A DNA stretch of 64,000 nucleotides from NCBI RefSeq assembly GCF_009914755.1, contig NC_060934.1; one strand, 5' to 3'. The first letter of the stretch is position 1, and each line of letters starts with the position of its first letter. The stretch comes from the human T2T-CHM13v2.0 reference genome, Homo sapiens. Below the pieces are notes generated by a model, which saw only the letters and a list, made by a program, of their open reading frames with translations, searched no databases and had not been told where the DNA came from. This document shows positions 43,353-58,031 of the stretch, in pieces. A program made the translations under genes and the position numbers.

Positions 43353-43658
43353 GGCTGGGCATGGTGGTTCACTCATGTAATCTCAGCACTCTGGGAGGCT
43401 GAGGCAGGTGGATCACCTGAGGTCAGGAGTTTGAGACCAGCCTGGCCAACACAGTGAAACCCTATCTCTACTAAAACTACGAAAAGTTAGCTGGGTGTGG
43501 TGACACACCTTGTAATCCCAGCTACAAGGGAGACTGAGTCAGGAGCATCGCTTGAACCCGGGAAGGGGATGTTGCGGTGAGCAGAGATGGCACCACTGCA
43601 TGCCAGCCTGGGAGACAGAGAAAGACTCTGTCTCAAAAAAATAAAAATTAAAAAAAGA
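43353..43658 (+). mobile_element. AluSx/Sz-like SINE
   Basis: TSD AAGACAAAAATA. Confidence 0.92.
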
Positions 43659-43749
43659 AAGACAAAAATATTGGTCTTTATTCATTTAGCCAGGTACCAA
43701 GGAACTCCATCCCTTTTAAAATTAAAATATGAAATGAACAACTAGTTGG

Positions 43750-43955
43750 AAAATCTAGGTTACCTTAGGTTCCCACATGCCTCCCATAGTTAGATCCCTC
43801 CTTTCTCATGTCTTGAGATCCTGCTGCACTTGAAGCCTACCTCACTTATTGCACTCATCACATTGTAATGATATTAGTTTCCTTTCACATCAGCGATACC
43901 TCTTTAAATGAAAAATCTAACACTCCTACACAAAAGGTGCTCAACAAATGTTGAC
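43750..43955 (+). mobile_element. L2 3' fragment
   Basis: GCACTCATCACATTGTAAT..AGGTGCTCAACAAATGTTG. Confidence 0.6.
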
Positions 43956-44099
43956 TTATCTTAATTTTGTTCTTCTTCTAAATTTATACAAACATTGTGC
44001 ATACAAATACTCACTTCATCTAGTCCCCTATAACAATCTTCTAAGAAGCAGCTCTCTTCATAAGCATATCTCTTGGTCCTTTAAGAATTAGAAGTTTCT

Positions 44100-44401
44100 G
44101 GGTGGGTGCGGTGACTCACGCCTGTAATCCCAGCACTTTGGGAGGCCGAGGTGGGCGGATCACGAGGGACAGGAAATCGAGACCATCCTGGCTAACAAGG
44201 TGAAACCCCATTTCTACTAAAAATACAAATTAGCCAGGTGCGGCGGCACACGGAATCCCAGCTACTTGGGAGGCTGAGGCAGGAGAATTGCTTGAACCCA
44301 GGAGGCGGAGGTTGCAGTGAGCCGAGATCGCGCCAACTGGACTCCAGCCTGGGCGACAGAGTGAGAATCCGTCTCAAAAAGAAAACAACAACAACAAAAA
44401 A
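44100..44401 (+). mobile_element. AluSc/Y-like SINE
   Basis: ATCGAGACCATCCTGGCTAAC; perfect TSD AAGAATTAGAAGTTTC. Confidence 0.92.
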
Positions 44402-44568
44402 AAGAATTAGAAGTTTCCATGGAATTAGCTAAGTTCTTTCATTCAACCAGCAGATTATGTGTCAGCTCTTAGTGCATTTAAAATTCTGGCCTATCATTAT
44501 GATAATATATAAAACTCTTACCATAGGAGGAATAAATACTAGATAAACATTAATTCCATGTGAATTTC

Positions 44569-44867
44569 TTTTCTTCTTTTGTTTTTGGAGAGGGAGGCTC
44601 GCTCTGTCACCCAGGCTGGAGAGCAGTGAGGCAATCTCACCTCACTGCACCCTCCGCCTTCCTAGATGAAGCGATTCTCCTGCCTCAGCCCCTGGTTAGC
44701 TGGGACTACAGGCCCGTGTCACCACGCTCTGCTAATTTTTTTGTATTTTTAGTAGAGACGGGGTTTCACCATGTTGGCCAGGCTGGTCTCAAACTCCTGA
44801 CCTCCTGACGGCCCAGCTTGGCCTCCCAAAGTGTTGGGATTACAGGTGTAAGCCACTGCACCCAGCC
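44569..44867 (-). mobile_element. AluS SINE
   Basis: TSD TCCATGTGAATTTC/TCCATGTAAATTTC. Confidence 0.9.
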
Positions 44868-45308
44868 TCCATGTAAATTTCATATGAGAAATAATTCAAG
44901 TACATATTTAGTATTGCTAAATCTGACTTTCTCTAGTAAACATTTATTTTCATAGACAATCTCATAGGCAAATTTTAAAAAAATGTGTCCATTTGCTAAG
45001 AGAAGTTGGTCATTACCTTTTATACTCATGACACTATAGTTATGCCAAACATTCTTCATTACTTTCTTAAATTGTGTAGAACATAATTTTTCTAGAAAAT
45101 AACCTTGGTGGATAAATATAATGTGTTTTCATATTTATTTAGTAACTTTATAAATATAGAAGTGCCTACCAAGGATAGTTTAGCTACAGCCACATGTAAT
45201 TACATTCTGGTGATCTGCTTTGCCTATGTCAGTTTCCAAACTTCAGAGATGTGCTAGCTATACTCCAGTTGTTCAGAGTCAGTACTTTCAACATATAAGA
45301 AATTTGTT

Positions 45309-45601
<293 letters not shown>

Positions 45602-46369
45602 AGAAATTTGTTTTTGCATTTAAGTGTCTGGTGTGTGCCAAGAACATATTTTTGAATGGGCATTATGTTCAACTTAATATTTTAAATATGGAAAGGTTAC
45701 ATGGGAATGCCTTGGATGGACCATTTTAAGAGATAAAAAAAATCAGTGTATTTATTTGCCATCTTTAAAATCATCATCATCAACAATAGCAAAAGCAAAA
45801 TGACATATTTTTCTTCTCTTTGGTTTTTGTGTCCCAGATAGGTGCCCTTTCTTTGCAGTAGTTGTAAAAGAAGATGAAGAGCTGTAGTATGAACTTTTTA
45901 TTACCTCAAGGTCTCAAGAGATAATGGTGGAACAGGTTTCTGGTGTATCAAATTTTATTTCACAAAGTGCAAATGCAAATGCTTTAATAAAAACAATATG
46001 TGAACAGAAAAACTTGTTAAAAATGTCAGAAGGAAGTTCACAAGAATTCTATTTGCTTTTTTTTAAAAAAAAGGTGGCATTTAGGTATTTGAAAACATTA
46101 TTGTTACTTCTCATCTCTGTCTACTATTATCAGAAATAAAGCAGAATTTACCAAATAACTGCTTTAAATGTAGGTGATATCTAAATAAATATAAAAAAGA
46201 ATATATTAAAATATTTTAATCACTGATTTTATGAAACCTCAATCCCCCCTACCCACCAAGACCTTTTCTCATATATAACTTTACGTCATTAATTTGAAAA
46301 AGATAGCTTACATTCTGGGAAATTTCAAAGTATTTTCTGCTAACGCGTATGCTTTTCTCTTTGAGTAAT

Positions 46370-46674
<305 letters not shown>

Positions 46675-47149
46675 GAGTAATGTTTTAATTAATGAAATAT
46701 GGACACAAAATAAAATCAAAACCATTATTTAAATTATTATTGCAGTAGATTTTATGAAGGGTTAGTGTTGACTATCTTTTTCTAAAGGATGCAATAGTAT
46801 CAAAAATAATCAATGTAAATTTTTTTCAATTTTGTTATCCTGTTTTATATTACTGTGGTCCTTTATTACTGTGGTCCTTAATTGACATTATTAGTCATTA
46901 TGGTATCTTGTATTATTTTTCTATTTAACTATCTTATTAGAAGTAGAACAATTATATTTTTCTATAGTGCATGAATTTTTATTGCTTTACATGATATCAT
47001 AAAATGTAATTTGAATTTTATTAAACTAAGTATACTGTATTTATAAATAGAGGAATACAGCATAAATTCAGCAAATGCTTATTTTAGTGGAGTCTGCAGA
47101 AGACACTAGTATAACAGAACCATAATTCCTGACCTCCTGTCATTTATAA

Positions 47150-47403
47150 TATAATTAGGATAGAATAAGACCTGGTATTGGCTAACATAACAGGGTGAGT
47201 ATAATCAAAAATAATTTAGCTGTACATTTAAAAATAACTAGAAGAGTGTAACTGGGTTGTTTGTAACACAAAGAATAAATGCTTGTGGTGATAGATACCC
47301 CATTTACCCACATATGATTATTAGACATTGCATGCCTGTATCAAAATGTCTCATATAACCCATACATATATACCCATTATATACCCACAAAATAAAAAAT
47401 AAA
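47150..47403 (+). mobile_element. L1MA1/2-type 3' end within an L2 remnant
   Basis: GGTTGTTTGTAACACAAAG..GATACCCCATTTACCC..CATTGCATGCCTGTATCAAAA. Confidence 0.85.
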
Positions 47404-50400
47404 GTCACAATACAATTAAGCTAAATAAATTCTTGTATGCATAATTTAATAAAAGAGTAGAGTATAATGGGTGCTCAATGAAGGTTTACCTTCTACTATG
47501 GAAGTTTGGAATGTTGGAGATGCTTCAGGTAAAGAGATGTAGAAAGGCTTCTTAGAGAAAATATAAATTGAACTTTGAATTATAGACAGCTTTTATTTAT
47601 CAGTATGAAAGGGGAATGGGATTGAGGGAATTTCTTGGCAAAGTGAACCAACATATATAAGCAGAATAACAAAATTAAAGTAATGATACTTCTTTTTATT
47701 AAATGTAATTCTTTGTCACTTCCCAGCTATTTGTTTAAGGTTTCTTGCTAACCTCATGAGCTCCCCCAGCTTCTTCCTAGGGCTATTTTGATACTAAAAG
47801 GGTTATTTCATATAAAGTATTTAGCACAATGACTGGTACATAATCAGTATTCAATACACACTTACTTGTACTTATTATAATTATTTTATTAAATTCAAAA
47901 ATATAGAAATGTAAATATTATCATTAAAGTAAATTCCTGGAGTGTAAAAAATATTTTTGTAAAACAAAAAAAAAATTTTTGAGTTTAATAATCAAAGTAA
48001 ATTCTACAGGGATTTTAACATCTATCAAGACAAATGCCCAACTAAACTTATACTAACTTTATGTGCATTATGTAGATATAGTTTTTCTTTACTCAATTAG
48101 CTGAATGGTGGTAGGTGACATATTTCCCCTATTGAGTTATTTATTTCTTAGGATTAAAATGCCAACATTCCTAGTTTTAATGTTCATGCTAATTGGCCAA
48201 TAATATATGTTGATTAGTGCAGTACTTAGTGGGCTAGATAGGAAAATTAATAAAAGCAAAAAACATGGTGTTTGAAAAGTAGTTTTGATTATGTTATTAT
48301 TTACATAGAACATTAAGAAACCTCAATTCTTAATTGTGAACTAGGTATTATTTTAACATTTTTATATTGCATTAGGGGGAACCTCAGTGTCTGAAAATCT
48401 ACCAGGGGATAAAAATGCCCAAGAATATCTTGTGGAACAATTTAAAATTTTTAGCTTATATTGGTCATTTCTACACTTGCAAAGTTATGTATAATGTTAA
48501 AATCCCCCAGTGTATATCAACCATTCAGCCCTACCTAACTCAAAGGAAATAGTAAACTTCCAATGTGTCTGTTGAAATGCCCACCAAGTTATTTTTACTA
48601 AGTTCACTCCATAGAGAATAATAGGGAAAGAAACAGTTATTATCACATCATTATCATCTTTAGCCAAGTGAGATTTATTATAATAATTCAGCCTGCTAGT
48701 TTGTAAATTATTTCCTGCCCTACTATTATCTTTGTCCTCTATATCTGCAAATGAAAACTCTTTACATCAAAACCCCCTGGAAAATGACAATGAATGAAAA
48801 CTGCAAAAAACATTCTGTCACAAATTTATTTACACATTCTCTGAAGCTGTAGTATTTAAGATTTGACAATTAAAGCTGCATCACATTTCTTGTGCTTTCG
48901 TTCTGTATTGTTAATTAGCATTTCCTGTATAGAATTCCTTTTCCTCCAATCTAGATTAAATGCATAAAACAATAACAACAACAAAACCTGAAGCAAAGGC
49001 TATTTATTAGTGTCTTCATATATAGATGTCAATTAAACAAAATCAGAAAGCCAGTCTTGGTAGTGTCTACAAAAATTCAGGCTTTTCTTCCCCTACTTTC
49101 ATTTCTTTTTATTTTAAAATAGCTTGACACAATGTACGGGGTATGATTTTCATCCTGTAACAATTCTATAATCCTTATTTGATCATCATTACAAATACAC
49201 ACTATTTTTATTCCCAAGTAGAAGTTGTGTTTAGAGATATTACAGATAATTTTACAAGAACATTTACATTGTTTGTCTTAACCTCTTCAAAGGCTCAAGA
49301 TTGGGTTGCTTGTGTGTAACTGCCAACCCCTTTAATGAAAGTGTTTTAAGCTGTTGGTTCTTTCTTCTTTAGTACATGAGTAATTGATACAATAAACCAT
49401 AATAGCTCCAATTATATAAATACATATTTAGGGACTTTTTAGAACACATTTTTTTACACAATCTAATAGCTCCTTCAGAGCTGTTAGAAACTATTGTTTC
49501 ACAATCTAGTTGAGCGTGCCTCCTAACACGTAAATTCTCAACTCTTTAACATTCATATTAGTGACAAAAATGTATCATAAAACTTCTCTTGTCGTTGCAG
49601 TTATAGCTTGCAATGAAAATAATTTATGTTCTAGTTGCGCATCACGAATTTGTGATCTCTTCTTTACAGTCGTTAAATGCATGTGTGTATACACAAAGAT
49701 TGAACTGCCAGCAAACACAACAAAACTACGTGCCTTCTCAAAACTCTCAAGTGAATGTCAAGCACATTGTTTAACAATCTGGAATAAGTATAGTTAATCA
49801 AAGACAAATGGCTTTTAATTTAAGTTAAAATGCAGTTATTCTTAAATATTCATACAATATCTGGCAGTAATGTTAAAGGTGATTATATAACTTATGTTAC
49901 TTAGCTGCAAAAGTACACATGAAACAAAAGTTGTGTTTGGCTAATATTATACCTACACAGCAATCAAATTCCAGATCAATTTAAGAAGTTGTCATTGGAG
50001 TGCTCTCATCTTTTGATTAAATAGCTGTGTCACTTTAGTTGAACTTATCCAAGGTCTGAGGTATGAACTCGTGTTGCATATGAATCCTATTCCTCAAATA
50101 AATAGACCTCATTGTTTGGTCAATTTTTAGAAATTCACATTGTCTAAGAAATAGACTGTCCATCAATAGCCTTGACTTTTCATGCACTGGAAAGCAAATG
50201 TGAAATTCTACTTTCTGGTATAGAGTTCGCACTTACATTCTAAAGGTTTTTGAATTATTTACTTAATTCCTCAATTATATTCCTTTCCCCACTTCCCACT
50301 ACCACTACCATACATCCCCAGCTGGAAGATGGAAAAGGCTAATAAAGTACAAGTGTCCTTTTGGACGTGCAATTTATTTAACAGAAGTTCAATAAATACA

Positions 50401-50544
50401 AGAAGTTCAAATTTAATTTGGTTTCAATCATATTTAAATTGAGATTTTAATTCATTCAGGTGAAAACTTCAGTATTTTCCATGCTTACAGTTTCAAAGAA
50501 GGTTTTTGGTGTGGGTGTGTGTTGGTTGGTTGGTTTAATTAATC

Positions 50545-50830
50545 AATTATTTATGTACAACTGGCAAATAAAAATTGTATGGGTTTATCATGCACAACAT
50601 AATGTTTTGAAATATGTGTACATTGTGGAAAGGTTACATTGAGCTAATTTTGAGAAGGATTTTGAAAATTGTCAAACTTGAATTTTAATCCCAGTTCTGC
50701 CATAGAGCAGTTAAGTTGGTTGCACATAATAATCTTTAAAGTTAGTGTTTGAATCTGTAAAACAGAAATAATAATAGCCATTAAATAAAAATGTTGTGAG
50801 AAATTACTGAAATCCCAAATGTAAATCACC
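50545..50830. mobile_element. Short antisense L1MA 3' end followed by MIR
   Basis: AATAAAAATTGTAT..TTTTGAAATATGTGTACATTGTGGAA; AATCCCAGTTCTGCCA..TCTGTAAAAC. Confidence 0.6.
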
Positions 50831-51400
50831 TAGTTTTATGTCTCCATGTCTGCATAGAAACCCTTAATTCCATTTATATTCCATTTAAATTTTGATATTT
50901 AAATATGTCATTTCAATCAATACCACTAAATTCTTCTGTGCACATCTTGTCTTTGTTGATTTGCTTGTTTGTCTGTTAAGGGACTCCAAAACATGTTACT
51001 TACATGAACTCTTTTCATAAGAGGACATACTTCACGGCAGCAGATTTTCTGCTCTTCTCCAGAGAAGCTCAGACATTTTTCCTTCTATCGAACAACCAAG
51101 AGTTGATAATTAGATTTTGTCCCAAGATAATGCCTGCTTGTTAAAAAATTTCTCATTTAGAGGTTAATTTCCATGATGTGGAATTCTGCCTCTGTAATCT
51201 CAAAAAGCACAACTCAGAAAACCCGAAGGCTCTGAAAAATCAGTGCCACCTGATAACATGTTTAACTACAGGATATTCTGTCATCTCTCCACAATTCTTT
51301 TGTTCCATGATTTAAAATCAGTGTAAGAAGGGAACTCACATAACACAGTCCTGGACGCATGTTTTGCAGGTGAGAAAATCTCAGAATATAGGAAGGGAAA

Positions 51401-51774
51401 TGGATTAGTCTATTCTCACACTGCTATAAAGATACTACTCCAGACTGGGTAATTTATAAACAAAGGTTTAATTTACTCACAGTTCTGCATGGCTGGGGAG
51501 GCCTCAGAAAACTTACAATCATGGCAGAAGGGAAAGCAGGCACAACTTAAATGGCAGCGGGTGAGAGAACGTGTGCAGGAAGTGAAGGGGGAAAAGCCCC
51601 TTATAAAACCATCAGCTCTCATGAGAGCTCACTCACTATCACAAGAATGGCAATGGAGGAACCCTCCCCCATGATCCAATCACCTTCCACCTGATCCTTC
51701 CCTCGACACACGGAGATTATGGGGATAAAATTCGAGATGAGATTTGGGTGGGGACACAGAGCCAAACCAAATCA
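51401..51774 (-). mobile_element. THE1D/MST-type solo LTR inserted in a MIR
   Basis: ATTAGTCTATTCTCACACTGCTATAAAG...GGGACACAGAGCCAAACCAAATCA; TSD GGAAA/GGACA. Confidence 0.9.
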
Positions 51775-52679
51775 GGACATAACCTAGGTCACTTAAGAAG
51801 TGACCTACACACATCTGAACTAGTTTATGCCTCAGTTAATGCCTTTTATTTACCGTACACTTTGCCTCTGCTGAAAATGTTTTCTGTTCTATGGATAAGT
51901 GCCCCTAAGAATATGCCACATGTAAATACTCCACTCTGAGAAAAGGAAATGCTGAAACCTCTTTTGTGGGAAAAGACAAAAAACAAACAAACAAAAAACC
52001 AGAAGACTACATGCTGCAGACTTTGCTGACATTCCTTTGGATACAGTCTAACCCAAAGTTTGGGATGAGTCCAGTAGCCACAGTCACTATAGGGTCTTGC
52101 TGGCATGTTTCAGGTGAGGTATTTGAAAGTCAGCAAGGCTGATAATCATCACCATTGTCCAGGCTCAAAGTAAATAATAGGGACAACCTGCTAAACCTGC
52201 TGAACTGAAGTGGATGGACTTCATTATGCTTCCATATTGACAGCTTGGGGATCTCTCTCCCAAATGGAAATTTTAGTAAGGGTATTTGGTTTGTTTTCTA
52301 AAAAACATACACAACAATTTACGACTATTACAGTGACTTGTTTTAATACACTCATAGCTTTTTTTCCCCTGTAGATATGACCTTATTTCCATTTAAAGAA
52401 TATTCACATGAACTAACAACAGTGAAAAGTAAGGAAATGTTCTGCAACTTTCCCAAATTAATTAAGCCAGGGAGAAAACCAGGACTTAAACTTGGGTCAT
52501 ATAACTACCAGAACTGTACTCCTTCTAACACACTATTTTGCTTACTCTAATTTTCCATGAAGGGCATTATTAGAACCCATATCTGTTTCTTATTCCTAGG
52601 TAGAATGGCAATGTTGATGGCTATGATATTAGAGCTGGAAAATACCCCTCAAACATCTCATCATTATGAATGGCCCTGG

Positions 52680-52965
52680 CTAGAAGTTGACAAAATGTTT
52701 TCTGCAAAAGATCATATAATAAATATTTCAGGTTTATGAACTATAGGGTCTCTATTACAAGTACCCAACTTATCTGTTGTGTCATAAAAAGCAGCAATAG
52801 ACAATACTACAACATGTTGCTCAAAAAGGTTTGTTTGGTCAAATTATTTGAAGAATTATCCAATAATCTTACCCTTTAATAGAGGTTGAGCATATTAAAC
52901 ACTCAAAGAAGTATGCCAATTTAGGAACCACTGTTTCCTAAATATTTTAACTATAAAATATCCTT
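52680..52965. mobile_element. MER58A fragment followed by MER103C-like fragment
   Basis: TTTTCTGCAAAAGATCATATAATAAATATTTCAGG..AAAGCAGCAATAGACAATAC; GGTCAAATTATTTG..GCATATTAAA. Confidence 0.6.
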
Positions 52966-52969
52966 CTTT

Positions 52970-53475
52970 ATTCCATAAAGATGTATTTAGTACATAATAA
53001 ATTCCAGGCCAGTGGTGGGATAAGAAAGAAATGATCATTGCTTTTTTGGACACTAAAGCCGAGTGATGAATATGTTACTTACCTGAACTCTTTTCATAAG
53101 AAGACATGCTTCACAGCAGTAGATTTTTCTGCTCTTCTCCAGAGAAGCTGAATATAGACCTGAAATAAATACTCAACTTATTGCAATTTAGTAACTATTA
53201 TATAAATAGAAGGAAGTACTATGAGTGTGTGTAACATGGGAATCTAGGATAACTCGGAGGATCAGGGAAGGCTCCTCTAATATTTAAAGGCATGATATGT
53301 AAGTGAAAAGCTGAAGGGTAACTACTCTACAAGGCTAAGAAGAAGCAGAAGAGTGCATGAGTAGAAATAGCTCAATGAGTAGAAGAATCTGAATCATGAA
53401 GAAGTTTCAAATATTTGAAGACAAAGTGGACCGTGGACCTGGTAAACAAGGGGAAGTTCAGACACAATGTATTAG
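52970..53475 (-). mobile_element. L2 fragment (interrupted by a 78-bp insertion)
   Basis: L2 antisense 3' end and GGATCAGGGAAGGCTCC..GCTGAAGGG motifs. Confidence 0.55.
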
Positions 53476-54137
53476 ATGATTTTAGTGCATGGTTATAAGC
53501 AAAAGGAATGACAGTAATACCACAAGGGAGGGGAAGAGGGATTGGGAATATTGTGCTATAAAGTACCTAGGTACACTACATTTGAAATGGAACAGTATTT
53601 TTAAAGATAGAATTAGATTATTTAAAAATATGTATGTAAACTCTAGGCAACCGCTAAGATTTTTTAAAAAGAATATGACTAATGCTATGAAAAAAGATAA
53701 AATGAAATCATAAACTCAATTATACCAGAGAAGGTAGAAAATGAAGCCTCTGGCAATGCATAGAAAATTATTAGAAACAGGATTGATATGAGTCAAAATA
53801 TATCAGTAATAATCTATTTAAATGTGAATGACCTAAATGCACCCATTAAAGAATGTTTTGTCAGAATACATATAAAAGGCCTCACTATGATGTCCACAAG
53901 AAAGCTAATTTAAATATAAATACTCTAACATGTAAAATAAAGGGATAAAGATACACCATAGTAACACTGATCAAAAGCAAATGGAATCAGCATGTTAATT
54001 TCAAACAAAGCAGGATTCAGAGTGAGTAAAATTATCAGGAATAAACGGGGGTACTATTTAAAAATGTTTATTCTCTAAGAGATATCAATCCATAGTTTAT
54101 AGGCCCCCAACCACAGAATATCAAGGTACATGAAGTA

Positions 54138-54433
54138 GGCCAAGCAGGGTGGCTAAAGCCTGTAATCCCCGCACTTTGGAAAGCTGAGGTGGGCTGATCA
54201 CAAGGTCAGGAATTCGAGACCAGCCTGACCAACATGGTGAAACCCCATCTCTACTAAAAATACGAAAATTAGCTGGATGCGGTGGCGTGCACCTGTAATC
54301 TTAGCTAGTCAGGAGGCTGAGGCAGGAGAATCGCTTGAACTCAAGAGGTGGAGGTTGCAGTAAGCTGAGATCACCCCACTTCACTCCAGCTGGGGTGACA
54401 GAGTGACACTCCATCTCAAAACAAAACAAAAAA
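54138..54433 (+). mobile_element. AluSg-like SINE
   Basis: Full dimer with (AAAAC)n tail. Confidence 0.9.
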
Positions 54434-54615
54434 ACACTAACATATCTCCAAATACAAATAGACAAATCCACTATCGTTAATTGATAGTCTGATTAATTGA
54501 TAACTCAAGCGGGCAGAAATCCATTAAGTATATACATGATCTGACCAGCACTAACAATCAATTCAATCTAATTGTCATTTATATAATACTCCATTTGACT
54601 AAAGAAGAACACATG

Positions 54616-54915
<300 letters not shown>

Positions 54916-55404
54916 CTAGCTTGCATGAAATATTCAGCAAGGTAAACCATATTCTGAGCAATAAAACATACATTCACAAATTAAAAAATATATATGAGTC
55001 ATACAAAGGATGTTATCAGTAGAATTAAACTAGAAATCAGTAGTGGAAACATGCCTGAGAAATCCCTAAATATTTCGAAATTAAACAACACTCATTCAAA
55101 CTATGGGTAAAAGAAGTCTCAAGATAAATTTTTTTAAAATTTGAACTAAAAATTATAATAAAATTCGTCAAAATTTGTGGGAAAGAAATGCTAAGAGAAT
55201 GCAAAGGCAATAGCCAAAGTTTTTACATTAGAAAACTGGCAAAAGAAGAGCACATGAAATTTAAATCAAGAAGAAGGAAATAAATAATAAAAACTAGAGC
55301 AGAAATCAGTGAAATTATAAAAAGGAAAACAATAGAAAAAAACTAGTGAAATCTTATCCAGTTACATGGAAAAATCAATATAATTGATAAACCTTTAGCT
55401 GGGT

Positions 55405-55816
55405 TGTATCAGGGCAGTCTCTCACTGCTAAAAGAAATCCTTGAGACTGGGTAATTTACAAACAAAGGAGGTTTAACTGGCTCATGGTTCTGCAGGCTGT
55501 ACAGGAGACATGATGGTGGCATCTGCTTGGCTTCTGGGGAGGCCTCAGCAAAGTTATAATCATGGCGGAAGGCAGAGGAAGGTGGCACTTCACATGGATG
55601 GAGCAGGAGAAAGGAGGGGGGACGGTGCCACACACTTTTAAACAACCAGATCTCATGATAAATCTGTCATGAAAACAGGACCAAGGGGATGGTGCTAAAC
55701 CATTCATGAAGGATCCACTCCCATGATCTGATTACCTCTTACCAGGTCCCACCTCCAACACTGGGGATTACAATTCACCATGAGATTTGGTGGGGACACA
55801 GATCCAAACCATATCA
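55405..55816 (-). mobile_element. MSTA solo LTR (MaLR)
   Basis: GGTTCTGCAGGCTGTACAGGA..GGCATCTGCTTGGCTTCTGGGGAGGCCTCAG..ATCCAAACCATATCA. Confidence 0.9.
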
Positions 55817-57220
55817 TGCATTAACGAAGAAATAAGAGAAGAGACAAAAATTACAAATATCTGAAATGCATTGGGGTCATCACCATGATTCTCATAGACA
55901 TTAAAATAATAAGAAACACTGTGAACAAGTCAATGTCCACAGATTTGATAATATACATGAAATGACCAATTTCTTGTAAGACATAAACTACCATAATAAT
56001 TAATAACCTGCAAATAACAAATTGTCAGGTCTATAGGGCTCTGATCTTGGTTTGTAATACCATTATCCGATAATAGAAACCAGGACTCCACAGAAAAATG
56101 ACTGATTCTAGGATTGAGCAGGAAATGTAAAAGATGATCCTGGAACATCTTACAGCATCAGAAGTAAGAAACTGCTAAAAAGAAAAAAACCCAAATAGGT
56201 TGTAGGTATGCCAGAGGTATACAAGAGCCAACTGAAAGAGTGTGGCATGGCCAAAGTTGGGAAGTTTTGATCAAGTTAATAAAATATTATTAGAATTTAA
56301 CCCAAAGTATAAAATAAGTATCCATGAATCTACAGTGGTAGAAATAAATGGTTGCAAAATAAATAAATATTACAGACGATAAAAATATCCTGTGCAGAAG
56401 ACATGCTAATAATTTATGTGGCTACTCAACCCTCCAGGGGAAGAATGATAACTCTCAGTTCCCCAATGTGGGCTTCTAATAATAGTTTTATTTCAATAGT
56501 AATTAACGGAAATTCAGGGGTCATTTAAAATGAGGAAATTTGACAAACACTCTATCAACCCATGTGACCAAGGTTAATATCAACAGTGATGTCATGTTGA
56601 TTGGATATACGCTTGATGTAAGAAAAATTACATTTTATTTATGTGGTCTTCACCCCAAAATACATTATCCCAGTCTGATCATGAGAAAAACATCAGACAA
56701 ATTCTGATTGAGAGACATTCTACACAATACCCCAAAATTCCTCAAAACTGTTAAGATAATCAAAAACAAGAAAATCTGAGAAACTGTGACAGCCAAAAAT
56801 TGCCTAAGGAAATGTAACAACTATATGTAATGTGGCATCCTGCATGGGTTCTTGTGACAGAAAATAACATTAGGGAGATACTGAGACAATCTGAACAAAG
56901 TATGGTTAATAAAGTGTGCCAACATTGATTCTTTAGTTGTGACAACTGTTCCAAACTAATGTAATATGTTAACAATAAAGGGAAGTGAATATGGGATTTG
57001 TGGGATTCCTATGTACTACATTTGCACATTTTCTGTAATTCCAAAACTATTCCAAAATAAAAAGTATACTTAAAACAAAACAAAACTCCAAAAGAAAAAA
57101 GAAAGGAAGAGAGAATTTCCAGGTAGAGAAGGCATAGATTATTCCTGGCTTTGTAGGCTATGTCATTGCTTTTGGATTTTATGCTCTGAAGAACCAGAGA
57201 ATATTATAGGATTATAAGTA

Positions 57221-57272
57221 TGTGTGTGTGTGTGTGTGTATGAGAGAGAGAGACAGAAAGAGAGAGAGAGAG
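57221..57272. repeat. Compound (TG)n(GA)n microsatellite
   Basis: Direct reading. Confidence 0.92.
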
Positions 57273-57692
57273 CTAATAAAAGTAATTGGATATGATCAGA
57301 CAAATGTGTGTAAAATATTTCTCAAGCTTCTGTGTGGAAAACAGATTGTACAGGATAGTGAACTATTGCCATAATTAAGGTTAAAGTTATTGAAGGCTGA
57401 AAATCACTGGATAGTCATATTTAGTGAGAAGAGAATGAATTCTATATTCCACATATATTAGGTAGAATTTTCAAGACTTAGCAATGATGTGGTAGTTTGG
57501 GAAGAAACATGTTTAGAAATGACATTCAAGTTCCTACCCTCTAGAAAAACCAGGATTTGTTCCATGGAACACACTTTGAGTGTTGCAGAGCTGAATTAAA
57601 TAATTGTCTTCTGATACTTAGTTGAATGTTTTATTCATTATATTTGATATTGGTTTTGTAAATACCATTATATAGTAGGCCCTTGAATTTGA

Positions 57693-58031
57693 TGGGGTTT
57701 TTTTGTTGTTGTTTCTTTTTGTTTTTGTTTTTGAGACAGATTTCAGCTTGTCACACAGGCTGGAGTGCAGTAGCGAGATCTTGGCTCACTGCAACCTCCG
57801 CCTCCTGGGTTCAAGCGATTCTCCTGCCTCCAAGCAATTCTCCTGCCTCGACCTCCTGACTAGCTGGGATTAAAGGCACATACCATCACACCAGGCTAAT
57901 TTTTGTATTTTTAGTAGAGACAGGGTTTCTCCATGTTGGCCAGGCTGGTCTCGAACTCCTGACCTCAGAAGATCTGCCTGCCTTGGTCTCCCAAAGTGCT
58001 GGGATTACAGGTGTGAGCCACCGCAACTGGC
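57693..58031 (-). mobile_element. AluSx-like SINE with internal 19-bp tandem duplication
   Basis: TSD AGGCCCTTGAATTTGA/AGGCCCTTACATTTGA. Confidence 0.92.

Noticed and set aside
45807-45940. Strong polypyrimidine/AG acceptor on the plus strand
   Set aside because: No convincing donor or reading frame; such motifs are common in T-rich DNA.
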